From an uncultured Bacteroides sp. (lineage in GTDB: Bacteria; Bacillota; Clostridia; Lachnospirales; Lachnospiraceae): DNA of 64,000 bases. Below, piece after piece: positions 46,924 through 55,284 of this stretch. The stretch lies in assembly GCA_964635615.1 (NCBI GenBank), contig CAZWNL010000011.1, forward strand, positions 13,314 to 77,313, given 5' to 3'. The notes under the pieces are model-generated. The model was not told the origin of the DNA. It made no database searches and saw only the letters and a list, made by a program, of their open reading frames with translations. Position numbers and translations under genes: made by a program. The number at the start of each line of letters is the position of its first letter. The stretch's first letter is position 1.

Positions 46924-47505
46924 ATGTCAGAGATGGTAGCAAATGAAACTACTTCAAGCGGATCTGCCGGTCCTGAGAGAACTCCGACCAGCAATGAAGC
47001 AAGGTGGTATGTAGTTCATACCTACTCAGGTTACGAAAACAAGGTAAAAAGCGATATCGAGAAGACAATCGAAAACAGAAAGCTTCACGACCAGATACTT
47101 GAGGTGGCTGTGCCGGTTCGGGATGTTATGGAAATGAAAAATGGAGTGAAGAAAAATGTTTCCAGAAAGCTTTTTCCGGGATATGTTCTTATAAACATGT
47201 TTATGAATGACGCTACATGGTACATCGTCCGTAATACAAGAGGTGTTACGGGATTTGTAGGACCTGAATCCAAGCCGGTTCCTCTCACAGAGGCAGAGAT
47301 GAGAACCCTTGGAATCAATGTAAAGGAAATACAGATTGATGTGGAAGTGGGCGACATGATAAAGGTTGTAACAGGAGCATGGGAAGGCAATGGAGGCGAA
47401 ATCAAAGCTATCAACGAAGGAAAACAGACTGTCACCATCGAGGTTGATATCTTTGGTAGAGCAACACCTGTAGAGATAGGCTTCACTGATATTCAAAAGA
47501 TGTAA
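46924..47505 (+). CDS. nusG: Transcription termination/antitermination factor NusG
   Basis: [34 protein letters not shown] domain, IFGRATPVE. Confidence 0.97.
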   Translation: MSEMVANETTSSGSAGPERTPTSNEARWYVVHTYSGYENKVKSDIEKTIENRKLHDQILEVAVPVRDVMEMKNGVKKNVSRKLFPGYVLINMFMNDATWYIVRNTRGVTGFVGPESKPVPLTEAEMRTLGINVKEIQIDVEVGDMIKVVTGAWEGNGGEIKAINEGKQTVTIEVDIFGRATPVEIGFTDIQKM

Positions 47506-47514
47506 GTTATTTAA

Positions 47515-47541
47515 GTGGAAGGGTATCCCCCGTTATCACCA
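47515..47541 (+). promoter_or_regulatory. L1-binding leader motif upstream of rplK
   Basis: GTGGAAG-GGTATCCCC-GTTATCACCAC just before the RBS; same form as the copy before rplA. Confidence 0.6.
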
Positions 47542-47566
47542 CAATATTTTTAGGAGGTACGCTATA

Positions 47567-47992
47567 ATGGCGAAGAAAGTAGAAGGATACATTAAATTAC
47601 AGATACCTGCAGGCAAGGCAACACCTGCACCACCTGTTGGTCCTGCACTTGGACAGCACGGTGTAAATATCGTTCAGTTCACTAAGGAGTTTAATGCGAG
47701 AACTGCTGATCAGGGAGATTTGATTATTCCTGTAGTAATCACAGTTTATGCAGATAAGAGCTTCAGCTTTGTAACTAAGACTCCTCCGGCAGCAGTACTG
47801 CTTAAGAAAGCGTGCGGCATTAAGTCAGGCTCTGCTGTACCGAACAAGACTAAGGTTGCAAAGATTTCAAAGGCTAAGCTTCAGGAGATTGCTGAGCTTA
47901 AGATGCCTGATTTAAATGCTGCTTCAGTTGAGGCTGCAATGAGCATGATAGCAGGCACTGCCCGTTCAATGGGTATAACTGTTGAGGATTAG
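47567..47992 (+). CDS. rplK: 50S ribosomal protein L11
   Basis: [23 protein letters not shown]...GTARSMG. Confidence 0.98.
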   Translation: MAKKVEGYIKLQIPAGKATPAPPVGPALGQHGVNIVQFTKEFNARTADQGDLIIPVVITVYADKSFSFVTKTPPAAVLLKKACGIKSGSAVPNKTKVAKISKAKLQEIAELKMPDLNAASVEAAMSMIAGTARSMGITVED

Positions 47993-48023
47993 TATGCTTG
48001 CGTATGTGATGAATCACATATAG

Positions 48024-48051
48024 GTGGGAGGGTCGCTCCCGATAATACCAC
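48024..48051 (+). promoter_or_regulatory. L1-binding leader motif upstream of rplA
   Basis: GTGGGAG-GGTCGCTCCC-GATAATACCAC immediately 5' of AGGAGG. Confidence 0.65.
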
Positions 48052-48067
48052 AGGAGGTTTTTATTAA

Positions 48068-48757
48068 ATGAAAAAGGGTAAAAGATATACAGAGGCTGCA
48101 AAGCTTATTGAAAAAACAAATGTTTATGACTTAAACGAGGCTGTAGCTTTAGTTAAAAAGTCAGCAAGCGCAAAGTTTGATGAGACTATTGAAGCTCATC
48201 TCCGACTTGGCGTTGACGGACGTCATGCAGATCAGCAGGTTCGTGGTGCGGTAGTTCTTCCTCACGGAACAGGAAAATCTGTAAAGGTTTTGGTTTTTGC
48301 TAAGGGAGATAAGGTTGACGAGGCTTTAGCTGCCGGTGCTGATTTTGCAGGTGGAGACGAGATCGTTCCTAAGATTCAGAACGAGGGCTGGCTTGATTTT
48401 GATGTTGTTGTTGCCACACCTGATATGATGGGTGTTGTAGGACGTCTTGGACGTGTGCTTGGACCTAAGGGCTTAATGCCAAATCCAAAGGCAGGTACGG
48501 TTACTATGGACGTTACTAAGGCTGTCAATGATATTAAAGCAGGTAAGATTGAGTACAGACTTGATAAGTCAAATATTATCCATGTGCCAATTGGAAAGGC
48601 TTCTTTTACAGAGGAGCAGTTATCAGACAACTTCCAGACTTTAATAGATGCTGTTATTAAGGCTAAGCCGTCAGCAGCTAAGGGTCAGTATTTAAGAAGC
48701 GTGGTAATCGCTTCAACTATGGGCCCGGGCGTAAAGCTTAATACTGCTAAGTTCTAA
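48068..48757 (+). CDS. rplA: 50S ribosomal protein L1
   Basis: [36 protein letters not shown]. Confidence 0.98.
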   Translation: MKKGKRYTEAAKLIEKTNVYDLNEAVALVKKSASAKFDETIEAHLRLGVDGRHADQQVRGAVVLPHGTGKSVKVLVFAKGDKVDEALAAGADFAGGDEIVPKIQNEGWLDFDVVVATPDMMGVVGRLGRVLGPKGLMPNPKAGTVTMDVTKAVNDIKAGKIEYRLDKSNIIHVPIGKASFTEEQLSDNFQTLIDAVIKAKPSAAKGQYLRSVVIASTMGPGVKLNTAKF

Positions 48758-48770
48758 TAACGGACAAATA

Positions 48771-48822
48771 AAAGGGCGTGTCACAGTAAGGTAAAAGCCT
48801 TGGTGTGACACACCCTTTTTTT
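48771..48822 (+). terminator. Terminator after rplA
   Basis: AAAGGGCGTGTCACA...TGTGACACACCCTTTTTT. Confidence 0.8.
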
Positions 48823-48871
48823 AAATAACGAAGTCAGTATGCAAGGCTTTTGTATAAATTGCATAATATTC

Positions 48872-48900
48872 TTGATTTTTATTATAAAGAATAGTAAAAT
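48872..48900 (+). promoter_or_regulatory. Sigma-A-like promoter for the ACP operon
   Basis: TTGATT-17bp-TAAAAT. Confidence 0.5.
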
Positions 48901-48995
48901 ATTTTTGTATTGAAACAAGGTGGTTCTGCCGCCAAAGTTCGGTTATTTAGGAAACAAAGTTTTCTATTATAAATTATTGTCAGGGGGTACATATA

Positions 48996-49244
48996 ATGGA
49001 CAAAGAACAGATTAATAAAAAGCTTGAAGAAGTTATCAACGACGTTATGCCGGACATTGAAGATATAAACATGACATCTTCAATTGTAGATATTTACGGG
49101 GTGAATTCCGTATCGCTCATAAGACTTATTGTTGCGGCGGAAAGTAAATTTGACGTATCTTTTTCTGATTATGAGCTTGCTCTTTCTGCATATGATACAT
49201 TTGGAGACATAGCGGCTGTTATAGCAGAAAAATTAGCGCAGTAG
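48996..49244 (+). CDS. Acyl/peptidyl carrier protein
   Basis: 82 aa, acidic; GVNSVSLIRL phosphopantetheine-attachment-like motif; E..FDV. Confidence 0.8.
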   Translation: MDKEQINKKLEEVINDVMPDIEDINMTSSIVDIYGVNSVSLIRLIVAAESKFDVSFSDYELALSAYDTFGDIAAVIAEKLAQ

Positions 49245-49268
49245 TTTGATGATTGGAGGAATTATAAT

Positions 49269-50324
49269 ATGGCAGATATGAAAAAATTACCTGTAACTTA
49301 CCCGACTATTACATCATGGCAGTGGCATGCAACACTTTTTTCTATTCTTTCAGATGATGAAAATGCAAAGAAGTGGATTTTCAGTAATTACATCCAGCTT
49401 CGCTGCTATAACATACAGGAGATATTTACGGGAGATGAGATGCTCCTTACGGATATGATGCCTGGAAGCAGTTCACTTAAGCAGTGCCCATATCTTGTGT
49501 TCTCGCTTCTTACAAAGGCTCAGATTGAGAGCTATTGCGGCAATATCATAGATTTTATCATTAAGACCATTGACCTTAATGGATATGTATACGGCGTATT
49601 TGACGAGGCAAAGATTCTCTGTGATGCAGAGGTGGATTATAAATTCCCTCATGAGCTGTTTATATACGGCTATGACAGGGACAAGGAAATTTTCCATGTT
49701 GGTGATTTTACGTTCCAGGATCATTATTCATACAATACGGTTTCCTTCTCAGATATTGAGAGAGGCTACGAGGTTATTACAGAGAAGGATGATCATGTGT
49801 TTAAGGATGACTATAAGGGCGGCAGAGGTCTTTATGTAGTTATGAAGAACAGCGATACTGTTTGTTACGATGTTGATTTGGAGCTTATTAAGACTACCTT
49901 AAGAGAGTATCTTAATTCTATGGATACAAAAAATCATTTCCGTATGATGAGAAACAGATTTAATGATACTACATTTGGCATTAAGGTTTATGACAAGACT
50001 CTTGCTCAGATTGAAAAGCAGGTTCATGCAGAGGAGCCAGATTTTGATATCAGGGCGCTTCATGTTATGTATGACCACAAGGTACTTATGCTTGAGAGAA
50101 TTAAATACCTTATGGAGCATGGATATCTGAAATACAATCAGGATACGATTGATGAGTATGAGACGGTTGTTACAAATATGCTTACGGCAAGAAACCTTCT
50201 TGTAAGAATTTCAATTACAGGTGAGGTTGAAGCTGCTTCAAGATTTAAGAAGTATTTTGACGCAGCCAAGGAAAAAGAAGTATGCGTATTGTTTAGAATT
50301 CTTGCGGAGCTTGAAGATAAGTAA
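49269..50324 (+). CDS. BtrH-like / papain-fold-like hypothetical protein
   Basis: HELFIYGYD...FHVGD resembles the His/GYD strand of BtrH and C39-like folds; sits between the ACP and PPTase genes. Confidence 0.5.
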   Translation: MADMKKLPVTYPTITSWQWHATLFSILSDDENAKKWIFSNYIQLRCYNIQEIFTGDEMLLTDMMPGSSSLKQCPYLVFSLLTKAQIESYCGNIIDFIIKTIDLNGYVYGVFDEAKILCDAEVDYKFPHELFIYGYDRDKEIFHVGDFTFQDHYSYNTVSFSDIERGYEVITEKDDHVFKDDYKGGRGLYVVMKNSDTVCYDVDLELIKTTLREYLNSMDTKNHFRMMRNRFNDTTFGIKVYDKTLAQIEKQVHAEEPDFDIRALHVMYDHKVLMLERIKYLMEHGYLKYNQDTIDEYETVVTNMLTARNLLVRISITGEVEAASRFKKYFDAAKEKEVCVLFRILAELEDK

Positions 50325-50365
50325 GGTTGAAGTCGCTGACTTAAGATAATAAAAAATGATTTAGG

Positions 50366-50398
50366 ATGGGGCTGTAGTTGTTAGTGCGACAGCCCCAT
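50366..50398. terminator. Hairpin terminator of the GGCTGTCGCA family
   Basis: ATGGGGCTGT...AGTGCGACAGCCCCAT; right arm is the exact reverse complement of 58887-58900. Confidence 0.7.
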
Positions 50399-50427
50399 TA
50401 ATTGATTTGATACAACGGAGCTGAAAA

Positions 50428-51123
50428 ATGAAAATAAACGTAGTATTCAAAAGAGTTGATGCCGAGTACCTTGAAAAAAACTTTGACAGTGTAATAAACA
50501 TGCTTCACCCTGCGAGAAGGGAAAAGGTTGCAAAGCTTAAAAATAAAAAGGCGGCATATGTTTCTATGACTGCAGGGCTGCTTTTGCAGGAGGTTGTGGA
50601 ACGAGAATTTGGTTTAAAGCCGGAGGACATTCTTATTGGAAAGGGCGAAAACGGAAAGCCGTATTTAAAGGAATATCCTGAATATAAATACAACATATCA
50701 CATTCGGGGGATATGGTTATGATGGCATATTCCAAGCAGGAGCTTGGTGTGGATATAGAGGAGCTCAGGGTTAAGGATACGAAGGTCGCCAAGAGATGCT
50801 TTGTTCCGCATGAGTATTTGTATGTATTAAATGGAAATGATGACGGTGATGAGACGGTATATGATGAGCCTGCGTTTGACGGGTGTGGGGAAGATAAAAT
50901 GAATGCCGAAAGGAGCAGGCGTTTCTTTGAAATCTGGACACTCAAGGAAGCATATTTAAAGCTGAGTGGTAAAGGGATAAGCGTCCCGCTATCATCGTTT
51001 GAGGTTGATGTTGTAAATAAATGTGTGAAGAATGAGGCTTTAAAATATTATACCGGCGAAGTGGATAATTATATATATGCAATTTGCGCTGAGGATGTTT
51101 CAGATGTCCGCATAGAAAATTAG
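50428..51123 (+). CDS. Sfp-type 4'-phosphopantetheinyl transferase
   Basis: GKP, NISHSG, GVDIE, WTLKEAYLK. Confidence 0.92.
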   Translation: MKINVVFKRVDAEYLEKNFDSVINMLHPARREKVAKLKNKKAAYVSMTAGLLLQEVVEREFGLKPEDILIGKGENGKPYLKEYPEYKYNISHSGDMVMMAYSKQELGVDIEELRVKDTKVAKRCFVPHEYLYVLNGNDDGDETVYDEPAFDGCGEDKMNAERSRRFFEIWTLKEAYLKLSGKGISVPLSSFEVDVVNKCVKNEALKYYTGEVDNYIYAICAEDVSDVRIEN

Positions 51124-51153
51124 TAAATTTTTTATGCGGATTTTTAATTTAAA

Positions 51154-51182
51154 GCAAACCTTTCAGCGCTTTTTTTTGTCTA
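51154..51182 (+). promoter_or_regulatory. ECF-sigma-type promoter upstream of the membrane-fused sigma factor
   Basis: GCAAAC-17bp-TGTCTA resembles the AAAC/CGTC consensus of Bacillus-type ECF promoters. Confidence 0.5.
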
Positions 51183-51240
51183 TATAGTGTATAGGTATTT
51201 GCCAAAATGCTAGAATAAATAATTGAGAGGAGAATCTAAA

Positions 51241-52947
51241 ATGGATTACGGAACACTTGTGGAGCAGGCACTATCAGGAAATCAGGATGCATGGAACAGT
51301 CTTTACCAGATGACTTATCAAAAAATATATTATACATGCATTTGCCTTGTTAAAAAGGAACAGGATGCACTTGATATGGTTCAAGAGGCATATACCTCGG
51401 CGTGGGAGCATTTGGGGGAACTTAAGGACAGACAACAGTTTGAAGCGTGGCTTATAAGAATTGCAGTAAATAAATGTAAAAACTTTTTAAAGAAAATCAA
51501 TATGTTTTATTTGAATGATGCTGATGCCATGGAGGACTGTGAGGAGGAAAATGAAAATTTTCTTCCTGAAAGCTATGCGGCACAGCAGGAAAAACGGCAG
51601 CTTGTATTTCGTATTATGAGCAATGTTTTATCGGAAACACTGTACAGAACAGTTATCCTGTTTTATTTTGATGAAATGACAATACAGGAAATTGCAGAGC
51701 TTATGGAGTGTCCGGTTGGTACGGTTAAATACCGCCTAAATGCAGCCCGCAGAAAAATAAAGGAGGGTGTGCTTGCCTATGAACAGCAAAGCGGAGAGAA
51801 AATCTACTCTGTTGCAGGTATACCATTTCTTGCGCTGCTTTTTCACTATCAGGTATACGGAATCCCACCTATGGTAAAGGCAGCAGTGGCAGCTTCTGTT
51901 GCGGGCAGTGTGACTACGGAAACAGCAATGGCAACGGCAGGGCAGACAGCGACAGCGGGAGCAGTTGGAGGACAGGCAGCAGCGGGCACGGCAGCGGGAG
52001 CAGTTGGAGAACAGGCGGCAGCGGGCACGGCAGCGAAAATAGGAGGATATGCTATGACAAAGGCTTTAAAGACAAAAATAATAGCAGGAATAGCGGCACT
52101 TGCTGTACTGGGAGGTGCAGCGGGCTTTATAATTGCAAACAATGACAAGGATGATAATAAAGTGGATAATGGATCAACACAGCTTGAAAGCGTGACAAAG
52201 GGCGGAGATTCTCGTATTGTGTTTGAATATAATGCTTACAACCATGTATCAAATGAATTTAATGAAACGGTATCTGATGATATGTTTAAACGGTATAATC
52301 TCAGTTATCTTGAAAGTCAGGTTTGGGATAAAAAGGCATACAATTTCCTTATTCCATTGGAGTTTGATGGGCAAAGATTAGATAATCAAGCATGGGATTA
52401 TCACACACGGAAGCTGGAGGACGTAACGAATATAAAAAATGTACAGCTTGGTTATGGCACTCGTTCATTGGCATATGTTGATGACGAGTACTTCCCTGAT
52501 TCTGAGGCTTTGGATATCGGATTATATATAAATGATACGAGCAGCACCCAGCCATGGGAGGAGGAGTATAGCGATGAGGGGCTGCGGACTAGTCTTGGCG
52601 GAAGCTACGGAGGATACAGTAAATATAGGCTTAGCGACATTCAGAGTCTGACGCGAAGCGTTGCAAACACCGATGAGGGAGTCAATCCTTTTGGATTTTC
52701 CTATACTTTGGAGAAGGGTACAATGACCGTTGAGGAGAAAGAGTTTATCTCGGGTGAGATAATCATTCGAGAAATTCCTTACAACCTTATAAGATTTTCC
52801 GGACTTACGGAGGATAGCATTAACGATTGGGGCTTTTTGTATTTCGATGTTTCAGAAGATGCATCCAAGCAGGCTGTCATGGATGATTTGTCCCAGGCAC
52901 TGATAGATTCCTTCAAGGCTGTTGAGTGGGAAGTGATTTTTAAATAA
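51241..52947 (+). CDS. ECF sigma-70 factor fused to an Ala/Gly linker, a TM helix and an extracytoplasmic domain
   Basis: Region 2 DALDMVQEAY...FEAWLIRIAVNKC; region 4 EIAELMECPVGTVKYRLNAAR; TM IIAGIAALAVLGGAAGFII. Confidence 0.85.
   Translation: MDYGTLVEQALSGNQDAWNSLYQMTYQKIYYTCICLVKKEQDALDMVQEAYTSAWEHLGELKDRQQFEAWLIRIAVNKCKNFLKKINMFYLNDADAMEDCEEENENFLPESYAAQQEKRQLVFRIMSNVLSETLYRTVILFYFDEMTIQEIAELMECPVGTVKYRLNAARRKIKEGVLAYEQQSGEKIYSVAGIPFLALLFHYQVYGIPPMVKAAVAASVAGSVTTETAMATAGQTATAGAVGGQAAAGTAAGAVGEQAAAGTAAKIGGYAMTKALKTKIIAGIAALAVLGGAAGFIIANNDKDDNKVDNGSTQLESVTKGGDSRIVFEYNAYNHVSNEFNETVSDDMFKRYNLSYLESQVWDKKAYNFLIPLEFDGQRLDNQAWDYHTRKLEDVTNIKNVQLGYGTRSLAYVDDEYFPDSEALDIGLYINDTSSTQPWEEEYSDEGLRTSLGGSYGGYSKYRLSDIQSLTRSVANTDEGVNPFGFSYTLEKGTMTVEEKEFISGEIIIREIPYNLIRFSGLTEDSINDWGFLYFDVSEDASKQAVMDDLSQALIDSFKAVEWEVIFK
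51955..52035 (+). repeat. 39-bp tandem repeat x2 (AGAVG(G/E)QAAAGTA) in the sigma linker
   Basis: GCGGGAGCAGTTGGAG(G/A)ACAGGC(A/G)GCAGCGGGCACGGCA repeated. Confidence 0.8.
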
Positions 52948-52986
52948 ATATTGTATGATGGACACAGTGGTTATTTTAATTGCACC

Positions 52987-53015
52987 TTGACAAAGAATTG
53001 TGCTTATTGTAAAAT
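52987..53015 (+). promoter_or_regulatory. Sigma-A promoter of tRNA-Arg
   Basis: TTGACA-17bp-TAAAAT. Confidence 0.7.
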
Positions 53016-53046
53016 AACCACTGTTGTAGTATTAAAGAAATATTAT

Positions 53047-53120
53047 GCGGTTGTAGCTCAGCTGGATAGAGCACTTGGCTACGGACCAAGGTGTCGGGAG
53101 TTCGAATCTTCTCAGCCGCG
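53047..53120 (+). tRNA. tRNA-Arg(ACG)
   Basis: Acceptor GCGGTTG/CAGCCGC, D arm GCTC..GAGC, anticodon arm CTTGG-CTACGGA-CCAAG, TTCGAAT; CCA not encoded. Confidence 0.95.
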
Positions 53121-53126
53121 CGAATA

Positions 53127-53186
53127 AGAGGCTGTCGCAGTAGGAATTATAAGGTGTAATTTACCTGCCTGTGACAAGCCTTTTTT
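53127..53186 (+). terminator. Terminator after tRNA-Arg (GGCTGTCGCA family)
   Basis: AGGCTGTCGCAG...CTGTGACAAGCCT followed by a T run. Confidence 0.65.
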
Positions 53187-53223
53187 ATTTTATAGGACTG
53201 CAACGTTTGAGATATTAGTTTAG

Positions 53224-53379
53224 ATTCAGAGGATAGCAGAGTATGCGCCTGAAACCGGAGTTGTAAGACTCTTGCGGTTGACGGAAAAGCAATATAATAA
53301 TATTTATATGGTGTCGGGAGAGCCGGATTATCAGGAAAAAACAGTTGGCGTGAATGCACATATTATGCTACAATATTAA
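53224..53379 (+). pseudogene. cas2: 3' remnant of a Cas2-like gene (type II-like Cas2 C-terminal half)
   Basis: Start-less frame IQRIAEYAPETGVVRLLRLTEKQYNNIYMVSGEPDYQEKTVGVNAHIMLQY*. The P..G.VR.L.LTEKQY pattern is the C-terminal signature I recognise from type II Cas2; an in-frame TAG lies at 53221. Confidence 0.55.
53345..53374 (+). promoter_or_regulatory. Candidate promoter reading into the repeat array
   Basis: TTGGCG-18bp-TACAAT with an extended -10 (TGcTACAAT) at the end of the cas2 remnant. Confidence 0.35.
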
Positions 53380-53478
53380 TAGCGATAAATATAAATTACT
53401 ATATTTAGATGTATAACAAAGGATTAATACTAAATGCCGTAGTTGAATGACCCGCCCAAAATGGTGCATCGTTCAACA

Positions 53479-53610
53479 AATATAGAAACTAATTATGATG
53501 ATAAAGAAAATAAAAGATTTAATAAATATGATATAATATATTCAGCAGGTGAAGTAGCTCAACTAAAAATGAATAAAGAATTTGGTTGTATAAACTTTGA
53601 AGACAAATAG
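53479..53610 (+). pseudogene. Start-less 3' gene fragment directly after repeat 1
   Basis: Open frame NIETNYDDKENKRFNKYDIIYSAGEVAQLKMNKEFGCINFEDK* begins at the repeat edge; very AT-rich. Confidence 0.45.
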
Positions 53611-53638
53611 TAATTTGTTGAATAGATTTGGAGATAAT

Positions 53639-54283
53639 ATGAAAGATTTTTTTAATAATATACGAACACCTAATAAAACCTTAAAAATGAATAAAAAAAT
53701 TATAAATACAATTCTAATATTTTTATTAGGAATAATGTTAGGGGTATTTTCTAAATGGTTAGATAATTTAGGGATTAATGATGCGATATGGTGGCAACAT
53801 ATACTAGGAATATTAGATTTAGGAAATGTTTTTTCTGATTTTGGAATATGGATATTCCTAGCAATCACTATTTCGGTGTTTAGTACAACACCATTAAAAG
53901 CAAGTTTAAATGTATTTTTATTTTTTATAGGTATGACAGTAAGTTACCATTTATATACAATTATGTTCAGTGGTTTTAATCCTAAAAGTTATATGATGAT
54001 TTGGTATGGAATAACTGCTATAACTCCAATACTTGCATTTATTTGTTGGTATGCAAAAGGAAATAATAAAATTTCAATTATAATTTCTAGTGTAATATTA
54101 GCAGTAATGTTATTGTTTTCTTTTAGTATTGGTATTTGGTATTTTTATTTTAAAAGTATAATAGACACATTATTATTTTTAGGGACAATGCTTGTTTTAT
54201 ATGTGAAGCCAAAAAATAGTGCTTATAGTTTATTATTTGCAGTAGTGTTAGCATTAACATATTGTTTAAGATTATATATATAA
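53639..54283 (+). CDS. Multi-pass membrane protein (DUF6518-like), AT-rich
   Basis: ATG 53639 after GGAG; LGVFSKWLD, IWIFLAITISVFS.TP..ASLNVFLFFIGM; several TM segments. Confidence 0.65.
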   Translation: MKDFFNNIRTPNKTLKMNKKIINTILIFLLGIMLGVFSKWLDNLGINDAIWWQHILGILDLGNVFSDFGIWIFLAITISVFSTTPLKASLNVFLFFIGMTVSYHLYTIMFSGFNPKSYMMIWYGITAITPILAFICWYAKGNNKISIIISSVILAVMLLFSFSIGIWYFYFKSIIDTLLFLGTMLVLYVKPKNSAYSLLFAVVLALTYCLRLYI

Positions 54284-54319
54284 CAACAACTTACAATTTA
54301 ACGATTAGAGGTGTAATTA

Positions 54320-54386
54320 TGGATTATGAAAAATTAGAAATTTATCAACTAAAGCCAAAAGTCTAGTAATAATATTGGAAGATTTA
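54320..54386 (+). pseudogene. 5' gene fragment truncated at repeat 2
   Basis: RBS GAGGTG then ATG: MDYEKLEIYQLKPK, continuing as SLVIILEDL in the shifted frame up to the repeat. Confidence 0.4.
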
Positions 54387-54422
54387 GCTGAATGACCCGC
54401 CCAAAATGGTGCATCGTTCAAC

Positions 54423-54584
54423 CAAAACGTTTTTGTGATGATGTTCTTTATTGTGTTGATGCCGCCTTTATACTATGTTTTTATAGGGCTTTGGTGGAAC
54501 AACATAATACTGACGGTCACGGGCGGAATATTTTTGATCGTTCATTTTGTTTATGTTATGGGTAATCTGAGGTTGGAAAATTAG
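54423..54584 (+). pseudogene. Start-less 3' fragment of a membrane-protein gene directly after repeat 2
   Basis: Frame QNVFVMMFFIVLMPPLYYVFIGLWWNNIILTVTGGIFLIVHFVYVMGNLRLEN* begins at the repeat edge; no RBS. Confidence 0.5.
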
Positions 54585-54647
54585 CTGCGGCTTGTCGCGT
54601 AAATTGAGAGATACAAGAATAATAGTGTAAGCAGGAGGAGCGTTACA

Positions 54648-55220
54648 GTGGTTCATTCATACGAAAAAGAAATGGAAGCGGCATTGAGTGAATATTTCGG
54701 CAAAATAAAAGATTACAGCGATTTTGCTGGATACTATTCAGATACAGATCCCGAGTATATAAACGAAATTCGTAACGGTAATTTTGTTATTCATCGGAGC
54801 AGCGCACTTGATTATTCGTTTTTTAAGCGGAATTACGGATATGAAATGCCGGAAGTTTTAAAAGCGTATTATTCTTACGCTCATCCGCCAGTTATAGGCC
54901 ATCATAGGCTCAACCCCTTTGAAAGGGAGGCTATAATACTTTATTCCTCTATTAATCGGGAACGTTTTGCTGGATTGATCTCGGCGGCGGATTATTGGAA
55001 AAAGTACGGTATAGAGAAGTATATTCCAATCGGTTACGTTACATACAATGGATCAGCTGTTGTTCTGGAACGGGATACGGGAAGGGTTTTCGTGGAGTTT
55101 GGCTTCGCGGAGGATCCTGCGGACGACGAGGACGGGAAATTATATCCCACTCCGCTTGCGGAGGATCTGATGACCTTTATACGGGAAACAGAGCCTTACG
55201 GTTTGGGGGTAAGCGAATGA
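54648..55220 (+). CDS. SMI1/KNR4 (SUKH)-like immunity protein
   Basis: GTG start after AGGAGG; YGYEMPEVLKAYY, YIPIG, DTGRVF, LAEDLMTFI pattern. Confidence 0.6.
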   Translation: MVHSYEKEMEAALSEYFGKIKDYSDFAGYYSDTDPEYINEIRNGNFVIHRSSALDYSFFKRNYGYEMPEVLKAYYSYAHPPVIGHHRLNPFEREAIILYSSINRERFAGLISAADYWKKYGIEKYIPIGYVTYNGSAVVLERDTGRVFVEFGFAEDPADDEDGKLYPTPLAEDLMTFIRETEPYGLGVSE

Positions 55221-55284
55221 AAAGAGAGCTTTGCTGCAGTACGTGTATCGGCGGCGGAGAAGGACATATCTTTTGGGAGACTGA

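Noticed and set aside
48905-48965. L10 leader after rplA
   Set aside because: The L10-leader consensus is not recognisable and rplJ does not follow.
53613-53622. ATTTGTTGAA, the reverse complement of the R1 right junction (TTCAACAAAT), as an element end
   Set aside because: It is a 10-bp match in very AT-rich DNA with no counterpart at R2, so probably chance.
53442-54422. 36-bp repeats as integron attC sites
   Set aside because: They read GTTRRRY...RYYYAAC on both strands, the reverse of the attC order (RYYYAAC...GTTRRRY). The copies are nearly identical and short, the inserts start and end mid-gene, and no tyrosine integrase is in the window.
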